From Acidimicrobiaceae bacterium (GTDB taxonomy: Bacteria > Actinomycetota > Acidimicrobiia > Acidimicrobiales > Aldehydirespiratoraceae), in assembly GCA_028819005.1 (NCBI GenBank), contig JAPPMP010000026.1, positions 96 to 64,095 on the forward strand: a stretch of DNA of 64,000 nucleotides, read 5' to 3'. Below are positions 36,139-49,356 of the stretch, piece by piece. The notes beneath the pieces were generated by a model. It was not told the origin of the DNA. It saw only the letters and a list, made by a program, of their open reading frames with translations, and searched no databases. The position numbers and the translations under genes are program-made. Every line of letters begins with the position of its first letter. Position 1 is the first letter of the stretch.

Positions 36139-37143
36139 ATGAAGGCCGTGATATTGGTTGGTGGCTTTGGGACAAGGCTCCGGCCCCTTACGGTGACGAC
36201 CCCGAAACAGATGCTGCCGGTGGTCGACCGGCCGATGATCGAATATGTCGTCAGCACGTTGAAACGCGGCGGCGTCAGCGAGGTGACGCTCGCCCTTGGC
36301 TACAAAGAGGACCTGTTCCGCGCCGCGTATCCTGATGCTGTCTGTGACGGCGTATCGCTCAGCTATGCCGTTGAGCCCGAACCTCTGGACACCGCTGGCG
36401 CAGTCCGGTTCGCCGCCGATGCGGCGGGGATCGACGAGCCTTTCCTTGCTGTCAACGGCGATGTGCTCACCGACGTCGACGTCGGTTCGCTGTGGGACCG
36501 CCACCGCGAGACAGGCGCGCAGGCGACGATCGCTCTCACCAGGGTCGGGGACCCGTCGCGCTACGGCGTCGTCCCCACTGACCCGCGCGGCAAGGTGTTG
36601 GGGTTCATCGAGAAACCGAACCGGGACGAAGCTCCCACGAACTGGGTCAATGCCGGCGTCTACGTGCTCGAGCCGGAGATCCTGGGGCGCATCGCCAGTG
36701 GACGGCGAGTCTCCATTGAGAGGGAGGTGTTTCCCTCGCTTGTTGCCGAGAAAGGACTTTGGGCTGTGAAGTCCGAGGCTTACTGGATCGATATCGGTAC
36801 GCCGTCGACCTATGTGCAGGCACAGCTCGATTTGATCGACGGCGTTCGCGGCGCCGCTATGGCCGGGATAGCCGCTGACGCCCGCGTCGATGAAGACGCT
36901 GAGGTGGAGAGGTCGGTGGTCATGGAGGGTGCAGCCGTGGCCGCCGGTGCGGTCGCCCGCGACAGCATCATCATGGAGGGCGCGGTGATCGAGAGGGACG
37001 CCTTGGTCGACGGTTCGGTCATCGGGCCCGGGGCGCGTATCGGGGAAGGCGCCAAGGTCACCGGTTTGTCGATAGTCGGTGACCGGGTGAGCGTCGGCGC
37101 AGGCCTGCTCGTGGACGGATCCAAGATCCCGTCGAGCGCCTGA
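36139..37143 (+). CDS. manC: Mannose-1-phosphate guanylyltransferase (NDP-sugar pyrophosphorylase with left-handed beta-helix tail)
   Basis: MKAVILVGGFGTRLRPLTVTTPKQMLPV (GxGxRxxPLT motif) and C-terminal hexapeptide-repeat region. Start at ATG 36139 with a G-rich SD. Confidence 0.8.
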   Translation: MKAVILVGGFGTRLRPLTVTTPKQMLPVVDRPMIEYVVSTLKRGGVSEVTLALGYKEDLFRAAYPDAVCDGVSLSYAVEPEPLDTAGAVRFAADAAGIDEPFLAVNGDVLTDVDVGSLWDRHRETGAQATIALTRVGDPSRYGVVPTDPRGKVLGFIEKPNRDEAPTNWVNAGVYVLEPEILGRIASGRRVSIEREVFPSLVAEKGLWAVKSEAYWIDIGTPSTYVQAQLDLIDGVRGAAMAGIAADARVDEDAEVERSVVMEGAAVAAGAVARDSIIMEGAVIERDALVDGSVIGPGARIGEGAKVTGLSIVGDRVSVGAGLLVDGSKIPSSA

Positions 37144-37144
37144 C

Positions 37145-38158
37145 ATGGCTGTTCTGGTCACGGGCGGGGCCGGCTATATCGGCTCGCACACGGCGGTTGC
37201 ACTCCACGACGCGGGTCATGAAGTCGTGATCGTCGACAACTTCGCAAACTCGTCGCCGGCGGCTGTCGACGCCGTGCGCGCGCTCACCACCGAAGATCTG
37301 GCTTTCGTGGAAGCGGACCTGCTCGACGACGATGCCGTGCGGAGGGTCTTCGAGCAGCACGAGATAACCGGAGTGGTGCATTTTGCCGCCCACAAGGCTG
37401 TGGCCGAATCGGTCTCCGAACCGAGCCGGTACTACCGGAACAACGTGGGTTCGCTGCTCGGGGTCTTGGACGCAATGCTCGAGCACGGAGTCGACAGGCT
37501 TGTTCACTCCTCGTCCTGCACGGTGTACGGACAACCCGAAGTGTTGCCGGTCAGCGAAAGTGCGCCGGTGCGAGCGGCGAGTCCGTATGGTCGGACGAAG
37601 TTGGTGAGCGAGCAGATCATCAGCGACGTCTGCGCGGTGCGACCACTGGCCGCGGTCATGCTCCGCTACTTCAATCCGGTGGGTGCGCACGGGTCTGGGA
37701 CACTCGGTGAGGATCCCAACGGCATTCCGAACAACCTGGTGCCCCTGGTGATGCAGGTGGCCGGCGGAAGCCGTGGGAAACTGCCGGTCTTCGGCGACGA
37801 CTACGACACGGCCGACGGTTCCGGCGTCCGTGATTACGTGCATGTCGTTGATCTGGCCGACGCACACGTCGCGGCGCTCGAGGTGTTGGCGGGCGGCCAC
37901 GAAGGCGCGACTGCTGTCAACGTCGGAACCGGTTCGGGCACCAGCGTGCTCGAGTTGATCGAAGCGGCGCGGCGGGTTACCGGCAAGGCCATTCCCTACG
38001 AGGTTGTCGAGCGTCGTCCGGGCGATGTCGCCAAGACTTGGGCCGCAGTCGACCTGGCGCACGATTTCCTCGGTTGGCGGGCGAAGCGGGGCATCGAGGA
38101 GATGATGCGGGACCACTGGCGCTGGCATTGCGAGAACCCTGGCGGTTACCGTCGTTAG
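37145..38158 (+). CDS. galE: UDP-glucose 4-epimerase
   Basis: VLVTGGAGYIGSH, SPYGRTKL (YxxxK), DYDTADGSGVRDYVHV. Confidence 0.9.
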   Translation: MAVLVTGGAGYIGSHTAVALHDAGHEVVIVDNFANSSPAAVDAVRALTTEDLAFVEADLLDDDAVRRVFEQHEITGVVHFAAHKAVAESVSEPSRYYRNNVGSLLGVLDAMLEHGVDRLVHSSSCTVYGQPEVLPVSESAPVRAASPYGRTKLVSEQIISDVCAVRPLAAVMLRYFNPVGAHGSGTLGEDPNGIPNNLVPLVMQVAGGSRGKLPVFGDDYDTADGSGVRDYVHVVDLADAHVAALEVLAGGHEGATAVNVGTGSGTSVLELIEAARRVTGKAIPYEVVERRPGDVAKTWAAVDLAHDFLGWRAKRGIEEMMRDHWRWHCENPGGYRR

Positions 38159-38852
38159 CGGAACAGGTCTTCAGCGGGGGAGCGCACGATCTCGCCGGCA
38201 ACGCTGCCGGGCCTGAACCACGCTTCGGGAAGTCCCCGGACTATGGCTGCGGCGATTCCGCTGGCCTTGCCCATCACCAGGTCCGCTGCAGCGGCGATCT
38301 CGTCGACCGCGGCGACCTCGGTCACCATCAGTTCACGCCCGAAAGTGTCAGTTGAGCCGCGGAGGTCGACGACCGCGGTGATTCCAGCGCATCCGATAGC
38401 GACGTCTGTGACGCCCCGCCGCCAAGGGCGTCCGAAGGTGTCGCTGACAACCACGCCCACTTCCACCCCGGCACGCACCTTGAGCCGCTCGCGAATCCCG
38501 CGAGCGGAGCGGTCACTGTCGATCGGCAGCAGGGCAGCCCGGCCCTGCTCGACGTTCGACAGGTCGATCCCGGCGTTGGCGCAGACGAATCCGTGAGGGG
38601 TCTCGCTGATGATCAGGTCGCCCCGCCTTCTCAGGATGCGCACCGACTCGCGCTCCACGAGGGGCTTATGCGACAACGGGTCGTCAGGATCGACGGCGAC
38701 GAGCCGGCCCTCGGCTTTGGAGACGACCTTCTGTGTGATCACCAGGCAGTCGCGGTCTCGGAGGTCCGCGCCCGCAGCAAGAATCAGAGCTGCCAGGTCG
38801 TCGCCCGGCTTCACCTCGGCGATGCCCTCCACGCCGATGATCTCAAGATCGC

Positions 38853-38856
<4 letters not shown>
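38155..38856 (-). CDS. cofE: Coenzyme F420-0:L-glutamate ligase, single-domain (CofE-type)
   Basis: LEIIGVEGIAEVKPGDDL...VITQKVVSKAEGR...ANAGID. Start placed at GTG 38856 (GTGA overlap with the cofD stop). Track ATG 38889 is the alternative. Confidence 0.8.
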
Positions 38857-41708
<2,852 letters not shown>

Positions 41709-41871
41709 GTCAGGCTTCCAGTCGCATCATTTTGCAGTTGTCCGTCCACCGCTGGTCATCACCGGTCGGCCGTGCATCGTCGTAGACTCTACGCCCGACC
41801 GGTCCCGCTCTCAACACGGGTGCTTCAGCGATCACCCGCCACAGCCTCAGCGGCGGTAGCCTCGGGCGATT

Positions 41872-44800
41872 GTGGCTGATCGAACCGACCAACCGCTGCC
41901 GGGTGCATCAACTGCGGCGATGGGAGCCGAGACCGACTCGGAGATTCTTGCGCCGCAAGCCAGGGACACCACACCGTCGGTCTTGGCGGTGATCGTCGCG
42001 CATGCGCCCGGCGACTGGTTCGACGAGACCCTGGAGAGTTTCGCCACACAGGACTATCAGCGTCTGGAAGTCATGGTGATCGACGCCGCCGGTGAGCCTT
42101 CCTTGGCTGCACGGGTGCAGAGTCACCTGCCCGGAGCCTCGGTCCTCGATGCGTCAGACACTGACGGGTTCTCCGCGGCCGCCAATGCGCTTATCGACAC
42201 TCATGTCGACCCCGTGTTCTTGATGATCTGCCACGATGACATCGTCTTGGAGCCGGACGCAGCCCGATTGCTCGTAGTTGAGTCTTTGCGCTCGAACGCG
42301 GGGATCGTGGGGCCGAAACTGGTGGATTGGGACAATCCCGACCGCCTGCAGCATGTCGCGTACATCGTCGACCGCCTAGCGGTGGCTGCCGACGTCGTAG
42401 ACCCCGGCGAGATCGACCAGGAGCAGTACGACGCCGTCGTCGATGTCTTCGCGGTTCCCTCGGCCTGCATTCTCATCCGCACCGACCTGTTCCGGGACCT
42501 CGACGGGTTTGATCCGGGAATGCCCTATCACTGCGAAGACGTTGATCTCTGCTTCAGGGCGCAGCTTGCAGGGGCGCGGGTGATGGCGGTTCCCGACGCG
42601 AGGGTGCGGCATCGACAGGCGCTCTCGACGCGCACCGGGGTCGACGACGGCGATCTGCAGCGCGCCCGCCACCAACTGCGCACTGTGGCGGTCACGTCGA
42701 GCTGGCCGTCTCTGTGCTACCTGCTGCCGCTCGCGTTCCTGTTCTCGCTCGGAGAGTCGATGGCCGCCCTGTTCGCTAGGCGGTTCGGGCATTTCCGCGA
42801 TGTCTGGGGGGCTTGGCTCTGGAATTTGGCTCGTTTGGGGGAGATTCACAGCCGGCGCCAGGCGTTGCGGCATATCAGGAGAACCCGGCACAAAGACGTC
42901 CGGGCCCTCCAACAGAGTGGGAGCGTGCGGCTCACGGCACTGTTGAGGGGACGAATCGGTTCCGACAGCGCGCATGCGGTGGGGCGGGAACTGGCATCGG
43001 CCATGCGCACGGGCACAGCCCGGATCTCTGCTGTTGTCTGCGGCTTGGTGGGGTTGTTCGCGCTGTTCGGTTCGCGGTCGTTGATCGCCGACGGGATTCC
43101 TGCGATCGGGGATTACCTCTCGTTCGGCGGGTCGGGCTGGGACATGATCGGTGATTGGTGGAGCGGTTGGCGCGAGCGCGACATGGGCAGCACCGGCGCT
43201 GCCGCGCCTTCGGCGGGTCTGCTGGGCTTGTTGTCGATCCTGCTGGGCAGTTCCACGGGTCTGGCGCGCACGTTGTGGGTGTTGTTGCCGTTGGCGGCGG
43301 GTCTGGTGGGAGCTTGGCGGATGCTTCGACCGACTGGCTCGCGGCGAGCCCAGCTCGGCTGTCTGCTCGCCTACGCGGTGATTCCGCTGCCCTGGGCCGC
43401 GGTTGCCAATGCCAGCATCGGTGGGATTTATGCGTATGCGCTCTCGCCGTGGCTGCTCGGGGCGATGCTGAGCGCGCAGTCGGCATGGTCGGCCAACAGG
43501 GCCGATGATTCCCAACAATCGGTGGGCCGCATTGGTTGGACAATGGGCGCGGCTGTCGGTGTGACTGCGCTTTTCGATCTGTCTGCGGCCCTTATATCCG
43601 TTCCGATGATCGCCGGGTTGTTCCTCGCCGCGGTTCTGACGGTCGACTTCAGAGGGGTTCTGCGCCTTTTTGCATGTGTGATTCTGGCGGCGCCGGTTGT
43701 CGCTGTCCTGGTCCTGCCGTTTCTGGTGGACCTGCTCGTCGCAGGTCCGAGTTGGGCTCCCCTCGCTGGCGGGCGTGACGGTTCAGCCTCTGCGATCTCG
43801 CTGGTAGACATTCTCAGCTTTGATATCGGCCCGAGAGAACCGGGCGCCTTTATCTGGGCTTTCGGATTGTTGATGGCCATTCCGGTGGTCATCGGGCGTT
43901 CGTGGCGGTTCGGCCTGGCGGTTCGCGGCTGGTCCGTTGCGATTGCGAGCTGGGGTTTGACCTGGGCTGCGGCTCTGGGTTGGCTGCCTTTCGGCGTGCC
44001 CGACAACAGCGTTCTGCTGGCGACCGCCGCTGCGGGTGTGGCGCTGGCCTGCGGGGCGGCGATCGTGGCGTTCGAACATGATCTGTCGACTGCGGGGTTC
44101 GGCTGGCGTCAGGCATTGTTGCCGGTGGCAGTGCTCGCGGCTGTGGCCGGTTCCATTCCCGGGCTTGCTCTTGCAGAGACCGGACGCTGGGAGATGCCTC
44201 GCGGCGACTATGAGGACGTTCTGCCCTTCGCCGACCCGCTGAGGCACGGAAGTTATCGCGTGTTGTGGATAGGGGTTCCTGAGGCGATCCCGGGCGACGG
44301 TCGTTCATTGGTGGCTGATCTTGTGTGGGTCGCGTCGATCGACGGGCCTCCGAGCCTCTCGGACCGCATTCCCGCGGTCGACGCCGGTTCAGCGCCGCTG
44401 GTGAACGAGGCGCTGTCGCGAGCGATCAACGGCGACACGATCCGGCTCGGCAGAGAGCTCGGCGGTCTCGGCATCAGGTACGTGGTTCTGCTGGACAGGC
44501 TTGCGCCGGCCCCCTTCAGCGATGCCGACGACACGGTTGGGATCCCTGCCGGGTTCCGAGCCTCCATTGCCTCTCAGCTGGACTTGCAACGCCTTGAGGG
44601 GATCAACAGCGCCGTGGAGGTGTACGCCAACACGGACTGGACCTCGGTTCGCGCTGCGGCGACTCCGGGCTTCGACAGCGAAGTCAGCGGGATCTCCGAC
44701 TTGGCGGCCATGCCGATATCCGGAACCGCTGGCGTGATGCCAGGACGCGGCGACAAGGTCTCCGGTTCGATCCCTGACGGCACGGAAGTGTTTGTGGCCC

Positions 44801-45024
44801 AGACCAGCGACGCCTCCTGGAGGTTCGAGGTTGATGGTTCTCGCGGGGCACAGCGGCGTTCGGTCGGATATGCGACCGCTTTCGCTCCCCAGGCGGGTGG
44901 CGCCGGCGAATTGGCCTACTTAACCGCGCCGTGGCGACGATGGGTCTTGATCGTGCAGGTGTCCGCGATCCTGTTTTTGATCGGTGTGATCGCAATTCGC
45001 CCAGTGATCGGGCATCGACGGTGA
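41872..45024 (+). CDS. Large GT2 glycosyltransferase fused to a polytopic membrane domain and extracytoplasmic C-terminal region
   Basis: N-terminal GT-A (VLAVIVAHAP...MVIDAAG...MICHDDIVLE...CEDVDLCFR), then >10 hydrophobic segments, a soluble region and a terminal TM. GTG start; ATG at codon 17 is an alternative. Confidence 0.75.
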   Translation: MADRTDQPLPGASTAAMGAETDSEILAPQARDTTPSVLAVIVAHAPGDWFDETLESFATQDYQRLEVMVIDAAGEPSLAARVQSHLPGASVLDASDTDGFSAAANALIDTHVDPVFLMICHDDIVLEPDAARLLVVESLRSNAGIVGPKLVDWDNPDRLQHVAYIVDRLAVAADVVDPGEIDQEQYDAVVDVFAVPSACILIRTDLFRDLDGFDPGMPYHCEDVDLCFRAQLAGARVMAVPDARVRHRQALSTRTGVDDGDLQRARHQLRTVAVTSSWPSLCYLLPLAFLFSLGESMAALFARRFGHFRDVWGAWLWNLARLGEIHSRRQALRHIRRTRHKDVRALQQSGSVRLTALLRGRIGSDSAHAVGRELASAMRTGTARISAVVCGLVGLFALFGSRSLIADGIPAIGDYLSFGGSGWDMIGDWWSGWRERDMGSTGAAAPSAGLLGLLSILLGSSTGLARTLWVLLPLAAGLVGAWRMLRPTGSRRAQLGCLLAYAVIPLPWAAVANASIGGIYAYALSPWLLGAMLSAQSAWSANRADDSQQSVGRIGWTMGAAVGVTALFDLSAALISVPMIAGLFLAAVLTVDFRGVLRLFACVILAAPVVAVLVLPFLVDLLVAGPSWAPLAGGRDGSASAISLVDILSFDIGPREPGAFIWAFGLLMAIPVVIGRSWRFGLAVRGWSVAIASWGLTWAAALGWLPFGVPDNSVLLATAAAGVALACGAAIVAFEHDLSTAGFGWRQALLPVAVLAAVAGSIPGLALAETGRWEMPRGDYEDVLPFADPLRHGSYRVLWIGVPEAIPGDGRSLVADLVWVASIDGPPSLSDRIPAVDAGSAPLVNEALSRAINGDTIRLGRELGGLGIRYVVLLDRLAPAPFSDADDTVGIPAGFRASIASQLDLQRLEGINSAVEVYANTDWTSVRAAATPGFDSEVSGISDLAAMPISGTAGVMPGRGDKVSGSIPDGTEVFVAQTSDASWRFEVDGSRGAQRRSVGYATAFAPQAGGAGELAYLTAPWRRWVLIVQVSAILFLIGVIAIRPVIGHRR

Positions 45025-46562
45025 GCTTTCTGCGTGTCGTCGTGGCCGTGCTGCTCGCGGGGATGCTCGCGGTCGCGTTGGCGCTCGACGGTTTCGAGTT
45101 CTTTGACGAGTTCGGTGTTTCGGAGACGCTCGAGCGCGACGTCGAACAGCTGGTCGTTCCCAAGAGTTATTCGGTCCCGGTGTCCTCGCGAGAGAACGGA
45201 ACCTGGTTCTGCCCGGGCGGGTCGTCTCCAGGTGGACGCGCTGACGTCTCCCTTGAGATGATCAATGCGTCCAGCGAGCCGGCGGACGCCATTGTCTCCG
45301 GTATCCGCAGCGGGCTCGGCGCCGAGCCGACTGATGCGGTGGTGACGATTGGACCCGGTGAACGCACCCGCGTGCGCTTGGCTGACCTTGTCGCCGACTC
45401 GCCGTGGATGGGCGCTGTCGTCGAGGTCGACTCGGCTGATGTGGTTGTGGAGCAGACGTATCTGGGCGCGGCCCAGACCAGCGACCGGGCGTTGTGCCAC
45501 ACGCGAACTTCTGATCAGTGGGTGGTCGCCTCGGGCGCCACTCGGTTCGCGTCACACGGCGAGGAGATGATCCTGCTGTTTCTGAACCCGTTCCCCCATG
45601 ACGCGGTTCTCAACGTTCGCTTCAACTCTGATGTGGGGGTCGACACTCGCAATGGAGTTGTGGTTCCGGCTCGTCGCGTTGTTGCCCTCGACGTCACCGA
45701 GGCGGTGCCTGTAGCGAGCCACCTCAGTGCTGTGATCGATGCAGTGGTTGGCCGTGTTGCGGCTTCGCGTGTGCAGTTGCAGGGTCATGTGCCGTCGTCA
45801 CCCGACGGCGAGCCTGTCGGGTTGTCGGTTACTCCAGCGACTTCGGGGACAGCACCCGTCTGGCATCTTTCAGACGTCAACAGCGCTGACCGCGACGAGG
45901 TGGTGAGCGTGCTCAACCCTTCTCTGACCGAGACGGCTGAAGTCGACCTCGTGATCGTTCCTGATGCGGAGCTGGGCCGTGATCCGATTGAACTGACAAT
46001 CGGCCCCGGTGCGGCGAGCCAGGTTCGCTTGAGCGATGTGAGCAGGTTGTCGGGCCTGGATTCGTACAGTATTACGGCCGATTCGCTGACAGGCCTTCCG
46101 ATCGCGGTGATGCTCGAGACCACTGATCTGTCGTTCAGGGGTCGCGACGACGTGTCGGTCGAGGGAGGGTCTGACACTGGCGGGCCGCTTGACTCCGGCC
46201 TTGGGCCCGAGAACGTCTCGGTGGCGGCGACGACCGGTTTGGATGTGAGTTCGACGAGGTGGCTGGCGCCGTTGGGAAGCGGTTCGCACAGAGTTGTGAT
46301 CTTCAACCCTTCGCCGAGGTCGATCGCAACGGTTGAGGTGGCGGTCTCAGAACCCCAGGGTCGAAGGGTCGTGACTGAATTGGAGATCGCTCCGCTGCGG
46401 CGTGTCTCGCTGAGCGCTTCGGAGTTCGGGGTTGAGCGCCCGATAGTCGAAGTTGTGTCTGCAGCGCCTGTGGTGGTGAGCCGCGACCTGCGCGGTGTGT
46501 CTCAGCACCAGCTGCTCCCTGGAGTGGTGGCGGCTGAACCGTCGCCCCTCATTCGGCGCTGA
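45021..46562 (+). CDS. DUF5719-like secreted/anchored protein
   Basis: N-terminal TM/signal (FLRVVVAVLLAGMLAVALAL) and beta-rich repeats such as LLFLNPFPHDAVLNVRF. GTGA overlap with the upstream GT2. Family assignment is from memory of the conserved GT2+DUF5719 pairing. Confidence 0.5.
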   Translation: MSFLRVVVAVLLAGMLAVALALDGFEFFDEFGVSETLERDVEQLVVPKSYSVPVSSRENGTWFCPGGSSPGGRADVSLEMINASSEPADAIVSGIRSGLGAEPTDAVVTIGPGERTRVRLADLVADSPWMGAVVEVDSADVVVEQTYLGAAQTSDRALCHTRTSDQWVVASGATRFASHGEEMILLFLNPFPHDAVLNVRFNSDVGVDTRNGVVVPARRVVALDVTEAVPVASHLSAVIDAVVGRVAASRVQLQGHVPSSPDGEPVGLSVTPATSGTAPVWHLSDVNSADRDEVVSVLNPSLTETAEVDLVIVPDAELGRDPIELTIGPGAASQVRLSDVSRLSGLDSYSITADSLTGLPIAVMLETTDLSFRGRDDVSVEGGSDTGGPLDSGLGPENVSVAATTGLDVSSTRWLAPLGSGSHRVVIFNPSPRSIATVEVAVSEPQGRRVVTELEIAPLRRVSLSASEFGVERPIVEVVSAAPVVVSRDLRGVSQHQLLPGVVAAEPSPLIRR

Positions 46563-47013
46563 AGGTCGTTTCGCCCAGGTTGCAGTCCTTGGAGACTGTG
46601 CCCGGTTCACGGAGTTCGGCCAACGACGCCCAGAGGTCCGTGGCGGTGACGGGTCCGAGGAATGCCCGCTGGACCGCTCCTGTCTCGTCGGCGATGAGGA
46701 CCATTGGCACCGAATCGACTCCGTACCGTTCGTGCAGAGCGGCTTCGGAGCGGTGTTCTAGCTCCTGCACGGACACCTGGCCGCTCGCCAGGTGTTTTGC
46801 ACGCTCCATCACACCTGCACACGTGTCACACGTCGAAGCGGTGAACACCGCGACGAGCCAGGGTCGGGTCGCGCCGTCGAAATCGCGGCGGTTGAGCTGT
46901 CGCGGGATCGTGCGGGTGTTGCCTGCGGGTGCCGCATTGCGGATTCGACTCAACAACGCCGCGACTGTTCCAGCTATGGCGACGCCGCCCAAGACCAGAA
47001 GCAGGCGGTCCAT
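46549..47013 (-). CDS. Membrane-anchored thioredoxin-fold protein
   Basis: N-terminal TM (LLLVLGGVAIAGTVAALL), then WLVAVFTASTCDTCAG (CxxC) and DSVPMVLI (cis-Pro region). Confidence 0.6.
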   Translation of the reverse strand: MDRLLLVLGGVAIAGTVAALLSRIRNAAPAGNTRTIPRQLNRRDFDGATRPWLVAVFTASTCDTCAGVMERAKHLASGQVSVQELEHRSEAALHERYGVDSVPMVLIADETGAVQRAFLGPVTATDLWASLAELREPGTVSKDCNLGETTFSAE

Positions 47014-47021
47014 GTGCAGGG

Positions 47022-49007
47022 TTACGAGTCGTCGGAAACAGTCACTTCAGCCGGGATCGGCTCGGCGATGCTCGTCTCCGTCTCCGCTTCGGTGCTGGAT
47101 TCGACGGTGCTGGATTCGACAATTGGTCCTGAACCCGCCAATGCGATCAGGCGCTCGACTTCTTCTCCGGAGATGGTCTCGTGCTCGAGCAGGGCCCGGG
47201 CCACGAGGTCGAGAGCTTTGCGGTGTTCGATCAGGAGTTTGCGGCAGCGATCCTCGGACTCTGTCAGAATTCGGCGGATCTCGGTGTCTACGAGCTTGGC
47301 TGTGTCGGGGGAGTAGTTCTTCGACTGCATCATGTCGGCGCCGAGGAAGACCGGTCCGTTGTCCGACAAGGACATGGGCCCGACCTCGGCGCTCATTCCC
47401 CATTCAGTGACCATGAGACGGGCGATGCCGGTCGCTTGAGCGAGATCATTGGCGGCCCCGGAGGAGAATTCGTCGAACACCAGCGATTCGGCCACTCGGC
47501 CGCCCATGGCCATGACCATGCGGGACTCCGCTTCGGCTTTGTCCAGCGTGTGGCGATCTTCGGTCGGGAGCGTCATGGTGACGCCGAGGGCCATGCCGGT
47601 GGGAATGATCGTGACTTTGTGGACGGGATCGTGGTTGTCCTGCACGGCTGCGCACAACGCGTGCCCCGCTTCGTGGTAGGCCGTGCGTTCAAGGTTCTCC
47701 GGGCTCTGGGCGACCGACAGTCGCTCGATCCCGAGAATCACACGGTCGCGCGCCGAATCGAAGTCGCCGGCGTCGATCTGGTCTCGACCGCGGCGAACCG
47801 CGAACAGTGCTGCCTCATTGACGAGGTTCGCGAGATCGGCGCCGCTCATGCCGGGTGCCCCGCGGGCGATGACGTCGACGTCGAGGTTGTCGCTGGTTCG
47901 TTTGCCTTTGAGATGGACCGTGAGAATCTTCTTGCGGTCGTCCAGTTCGGGCAGGGGCACGACTACCTGGCGGTCGAAGCGTCCGGGGCGAAGCAGCGCG
48001 GGATCGAGAATGTCGGGGCGATTGGTGGCCGCCATCATCACGATTCCGTCGGTCGGTTGGAATCCGTCCATTTCGGCGAGCATCTGGTTGAGCGTTTGTT
48101 CGCGTTCGTCGTGCCCGCCGCCGAGACCGGCGCCCCGCTTGCGTCCGATCGAGTCGATTTCGTCGATGAAGATGATGGCTTTGCCCATTTTGCGAGCTGA
48201 ATCGAAAAGGTCTCGAACCCGGCTGGCGCCGACGCCGACAAACATCTCCATGAAGTCCGAGCCGGTCACCGAGAGGAAGGGCACGCCTGCTTCGCCCGCC
48301 ACTGCTTTGGCGATGAGGGTCTTGCCGGTGCCCGGGGGACCCACGAGCAGCACGCCCTTGGGAACGCGGGCTCCGATCTCGGCGAAAGGGGCCGGGTGTT
48401 TGAGGAACTCGACGATTTCGGTGATCTCCTGTTTGACGCCGTTGTAGCCGGCCACGTCGTCGAAGGTGGTCCCGGGCTGTTCGGTTGAATAGGTCTTGGC
48501 CTTGCTGCGACCGACCGACATGATGTTGCCGAGTTGTCCCTGCGCTCTGCGCTGCATCCAGAAGAAGAATCCGATCAGGAGCAGAACCGGAAGCAGGATC
48601 GGGAAGATCGACGTGAAGAAGTTGGGTTTGGGCGTGTCGAATTCGAGTCTGGTGTTTTCCCCGATCAGGTCGTGGTCAGCGTCGGGGAGGGGCATGGGGC
48701 CGGTGGTTTTGAACTCGCCCAGCTGGGTGGTGAATGCAATGCCGCCGTCGTTGTTGTCGTACTTGGCTTCTTGTACGTCGCCCTCGGCGACCGTTTCCAA
48801 GAAGTTGGTGTACGTGACCTGCTCCCTGGAGTCGCCTCCTGTGAAGTAGTTGACCAGCATCACGGCGAGGAGAGTGCCGATGATGATCCACAGGATGTAA
48901 CGCGACCAGCCCGGTGATTCGCGTCGCGTGCCGCTCTTGTCGTCGGGCTTCCCGCGGTCTCCCGACATGGGCGGCGGCGGAGGCGGTGGAGGGGGGTTGG
49001 ACGCCAT
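47022..49007 (-). CDS. ftsH: ATP-dependent zinc metalloprotease FtsH
   Basis: Walker A GPPGTGKT, Walker [13 protein letters not shown] region, zinc site HEAGHAL, two N-terminal TM segments. Confidence 0.95.
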   Translation of the reverse strand: MASNPPPPPPPPPMSGDRGKPDDKSGTRRESPGWSRYILWIIIGTLLAVMLVNYFTGGDSREQVTYTNFLETVAEGDVQEAKYDNNDGGIAFTTQLGEFKTTGPMPLPDADHDLIGENTRLEFDTPKPNFFTSIFPILLPVLLLIGFFFWMQRRAQGQLGNIMSVGRSKAKTYSTEQPGTTFDDVAGYNGVKQEITEIVEFLKHPAPFAEIGARVPKGVLLVGPPGTGKTLIAKAVAGEAGVPFLSVTGSDFMEMFVGVGASRVRDLFDSARKMGKAIIFIDEIDSIGRKRGAGLGGGHDEREQTLNQMLAEMDGFQPTDGIVMMAATNRPDILDPALLRPGRFDRQVVVPLPELDDRKKILTVHLKGKRTSDNLDVDVIARGAPGMSGADLANLVNEAALFAVRRGRDQIDAGDFDSARDRVILGIERLSVAQSPENLERTAYHEAGHALCAAVQDNHDPVHKVTIIPTGMALGVTMTLPTEDRHTLDKAEAESRMVMAMGGRVAESLVFDEFSSGAANDLAQATGIARLMVTEWGMSAEVGPMSLSDNGPVFLGADMMQSKNYSPDTAKLVDTEIRRILTESEDRCRKLLIEHRKALDLVARALLEHETISGEEVERLIALAGSGPIVESSTVESSTEAETETSIAEPIPAEVTVSDDS

Positions 49008-49066
49008 GTGTCAAGCGTAGACCCCGTTGCGGGATATCCCTGTCTCAACTGTCGGCAGAGGGTACG

Positions 49067-49348
49067 GTGCCCAACGTGAATCGTCGCTGTGCCCGGCCTG
49101 GTTGCCGTCATCTTGCTGCCACAACTCTGTCCTTCTTGTATGCGCAACAGATTGTGTGGATCGATGACCTGCATGTTGAGGATTCTCCCGCGAACCATGA
49201 TTTGTGCACGGTTCACGCTGATCGGACGCGACCGCCGCGGGGCTGGGACCTCGACGACCGGCGCTCTGAGGTGCGATCTTTGGAGGAGCCACCCCTGGGC
49301 GCCCCCGTGCTGAGCGACGGGCCGCATCGATTTCGCCGGACTGGCTAG
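49067..49348 (+). CDS. DUF3499-like protein
   Basis: RRCARPGCRHLAATTLSFLY...HDLCTVHADRTRPPRGWDL fits the C-x-x-x-G-C...YDLCxxH...PxGW pattern. Start at GTG 49067 (or 49076). Track start 48914 overlaps ftsH. Confidence 0.65.
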   Translation: MPNVNRRCARPGCRHLAATTLSFLYAQQIVWIDDLHVEDSPANHDLCTVHADRTRPPRGWDLDDRRSEVRSLEEPPLGAPVLSDGPHRFRRTG

Positions 49349-49356
49349 GGCCGACG

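Noticed and set aside
48961-49007. Poly-proline run (PPPPPPPPP) at the FtsH N-terminus as a special signal
   Set aside because: This is a low-complexity cytoplasmic N-terminal extension ahead of TM1. It is a simple GC-rich codon run, and nothing in the sequence suggests function.
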